A stretch of 64,000 nucleotides of DNA from Chloroflexota bacterium (GTDB taxonomy: Bacteria > Chloroflexota > UBA11872 > UBA12225 > JAJDUF01), in NCBI GenBank assembly GCA_022826725.1, contig JAJDUF010000011.1:101000-164999 (forward strand). Reading direction: 5' to 3'. The position numbers were made by a program, and so were the translations under genes. Below, piece after piece: positions 61,934 to 64,000 of this stretch; the stretch's first letter is position 1, and every line of letters begins with the position of its first letter. The notes beneath the pieces were generated by a model, which was given only the letters and a program-made list of their open reading frames with translations, searched no databases and was not told the DNA's origin.

Positions 61934-63115
61934 GTGAACAAGCAAACGATCCGCGACGTGGCGGTAGCCGGCAAGCGCGTGCTGGTGCGCGTGGACTTCA
62001 ACGTGCCGCTCGACGGCACGGGGATCACGGACGACACGCGCATTCGCGCCGCGCTGCCGACGATCAACGCACTGCGGGATGCCGGGGCGCGGGTGGTGCT
62101 GCTGTCCCACCTCGGCCGGCCCAAGGGCACCGTCGTCGCGGCGCTGCGATTGGCCCCGGTGGCGGAGCGCCTGAGCGAGCTACTGGGCACTTCGGTCGCA
62201 ACCAGCACTGCCTGCATCGGTCCGGAAGCGGAGGCGGTCGCGGCCGGCTTGCGGCCGGGCGAGGTGGCGCTGCTGGAGAACGTGCGCTTCCATGCCGCAG
62301 AGGAGCGCAACGATCCGGCCTTTGCGCGTGCGCTTGCCGAGCTAGGCGACCTCTACGTCAACGACGCCTTTGGCGCAGCGCACCGCGCCCATGCCTCGAC
62401 GGAGGGGATTGCTCACGTGCTGCCGGCCGTCGCCGGCCTCCTGCTGGAGCGCGAGTTGGCGGTGTTGGGCAGCGCCCTAGAGCAGCCGGAGCGGCCGTTC
62501 GCGGCGATCATCGGCGGCGTCAAAGTCTCGGATAAGATCGAGGTCATTGATCACCTGCTGACACGCGCGGACGAGCTGCTGATCGGCGGTGGCGTGGCCA
62601 ATACGTTTCTCCGCGCCCAAGGCTACGAGATCGGTCGCTCGCGGCACGAACCGGACAAGGTTGCGCTCGCCGCCGAGCTATTGGAGCGAGCCGGGCAAAG
62701 CGACTGCGAGCTGCTGCTGCCGACCGACGTGGTAGTGGCGCCAGAGGCGGCGGACGACGTGCCGCATCAAGTGTTTGCCGTGGACCAGACACCGGCCAAC
62801 GGCATGATCCTGGACATCGGACCGCAGACGGTCCAACACTACGTCCAAGCGGTGGAGTCGGCGCACACCGTCATCTGGAACGGCCCGCTGGGACTGTTCG
62901 AGATCGAGCCGTTCTCCGCCGGTACCCGTGCGCTGGCCGCCGCCGTCGGCCACTGCCCCGGCACGACGATAGTGGGCGGTGGCGATTCGATTGCAGCCAT
63001 CGAGCAAGCGGGGTTGAGCGACCGGATTACGCACGTCTCGACCGGCGGGGGCGCTTCGCTGGAGTTCTTGAGCGGGCGGATGCTGCCCGGTGTTGCGGCC
63101 CTCGCGGAGAGGTAG
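61934..63115 (+). CDS. pgk: Phosphoglycerate kinase
   Basis: RVDFNVPL, SHLGRPKG, NDAFGAAHRAHAS, STGGGASLE. Confidence 0.97.
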   Translation: MNKQTIRDVAVAGKRVLVRVDFNVPLDGTGITDDTRIRAALPTINALRDAGARVVLLSHLGRPKGTVVAALRLAPVAERLSELLGTSVATSTACIGPEAEAVAAGLRPGEVALLENVRFHAAEERNDPAFARALAELGDLYVNDAFGAAHRAHASTEGIAHVLPAVAGLLLERELAVLGSALEQPERPFAAIIGGVKVSDKIEVIDHLLTRADELLIGGGVANTFLRAQGYEIGRSRHEPDKVALAAELLERAGQSDCELLLPTDVVVAPEAADDVPHQVFAVDQTPANGMILDIGPQTVQHYVQAVESAHTVIWNGPLGLFEIEPFSAGTRALAAAVGHCPGTTIVGGGDSIAAIEQAGLSDRITHVSTGGGASLEFLSGRMLPGVAALAER

Positions 63116-63191
63116 CCGGCCGCGCACACTTTCTGCCGGTAGCGGCTTGCTCTTTAGGGCCAGGCGGTTGTAAGCTGGCCATTTGGTTAGT

Positions 63192-63596
63192 ATGGAGAGT
63201 AAGGCGATGGTTGCCGAAGAGAAAGCGGCGATTCAAGGTCTCATCGAACGCATAGCGGACCTGAAACGTAAGCGTGTCGAGTTGAGGCAGGAAAGACGCG
63301 AACTCGAAGATAGGGTCGTAGTGATCCAGGCTAGGACCAGAGCGAGCGTTGTCACTGCCACAGATGCCAAGGGAAGAGCGCGCTACACGAACGAACAGAC
63401 AAGACAGGCGGCGCTGGCCCTGAAGCTCCAAGAACATGAAGACTATCAGCGGTTCCAGAAGACAATACGGGAATCGGAAGACGAAGAAGCCTTACTCGTC
63501 ATTGAGATCGAGAGGCTTGAGAGCACGCAGCGGCTCTTGATGGCGACGTTGCGTATCCTCCATGCCCAATCTCCCACAGGGAACAATGATCTTTGA
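63192..63596 (+). CDS. Hypothetical coiled-coil protein
   Basis: Charged heptad-rich ORF; start uncertain. Confidence 0.55.
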   Translation: MESKAMVAEEKAAIQGLIERIADLKRKRVELRQERRELEDRVVVIQARTRASVVTATDAKGRARYTNEQTRQAALALKLQEHEDYQRFQKTIRESEDEEALLVIEIERLESTQRLLMATLRILHAQSPTGNNDL

Positions 63597-63786
63597 CCTG
63601 TATCGTGAAGTGGCACTGGCTTACGACCTGCCAACCGAGGGACTGCGCCGCGGCGACGTGGCGCTTGATGTCTTCAATGCCGTTGGCGAGACCGTAAAGG
63701 TGATCGTGGTACCGGCCTCGGCTCTTGCGCCGCTGACGGCCGACCAGGTGTGGTCGGTGCGACCGCTGACGACCGCTAGTCGCTGA
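63586..63786 (+). CDS. DUF4926-like small protein, possibly with an internal deletion
   Basis: LY.EVAL..DLP..GLRRGDVA and VFNAVGET..V..VP motifs joined directly. Confidence 0.55.
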   Translation: MIFDLYREVALAYDLPTEGLRRGDVALDVFNAVGETVKVIVVPASALAPLTADQVWSVRPLTTASR

Positions 63787-63806
63787 CAGTTGCGAGGACG
63801 CTACCG

Positions 63807-64000
63807 ATGCAAGTGACGATACCGGACGAATTGCGCCGATTTCTGGATGACGGCGATCAGACGGTGGATGCTGCCCTGACCTACTATGCCGTGCTTGGCC
63901 TCTACCAGGCCGGGCGAATTTCCGGCGGTAAGGCGGCCGAGTTACTGGGTCTGCCGAAGTGGGATTTCCTGGCGCAAGCGGCCGCTGCCGGAGTCCCATA
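63807..64000 (+). CDS. UPF0175-family antitoxin-like protein (runs off window)
   Basis: GLYQAGRISGGKAAELLGL...DFL; GAGG RBS. Confidence 0.7.
   Translation, partial: MQVTIPDELRRFLDDGDQTVDAALTYYAVLGLYQAGRISGGKAAELLGLPKWDFLAQAAAAGVP

Overview
GC-rich bacterial DNA, probably Chloroflexota (inferred from gene content only). Positions ~294-41551 form a ~41.3 kb integrative element at the 3' end of a tRNA-Ala(CGC) gene. It is bounded by a GGTGG core and 20-bp inverted arms, and its large serine recombinase gene runs through the left att site. The backbone is recombinase + RHH regulator, HTH protein, primase, Rad52-like annealase, RadC/JAB, a DNA adenine methyltransferase split by an ORF-less group II intron, and an SF2 helicase; I see no relaxase, T4SS or capsid genes. 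The cargo is mostly anti-phage defence: a nuclease-NACHT protein, a Druantia-like trio, a SIR2-APAZ/short pAgo pair, and a type I RM operon. In that operon HsdS is fused to an MNT antitoxin beside a HEPN toxin, and the hsdS-hsdR junction holds three cassettes separated by decayed copies of the hsdR start. Right of the tRNA lie a DUF262-HEPN pair, housekeeping genes (ychF, gap, pgk and others), REP-like repeats, a 72-75 nt periodic hairpin array, TA genes, DUF5131-TcmP and a broken type IIG-like RM gene. Protein family calls come from motif recognition by eye, not from database searches.
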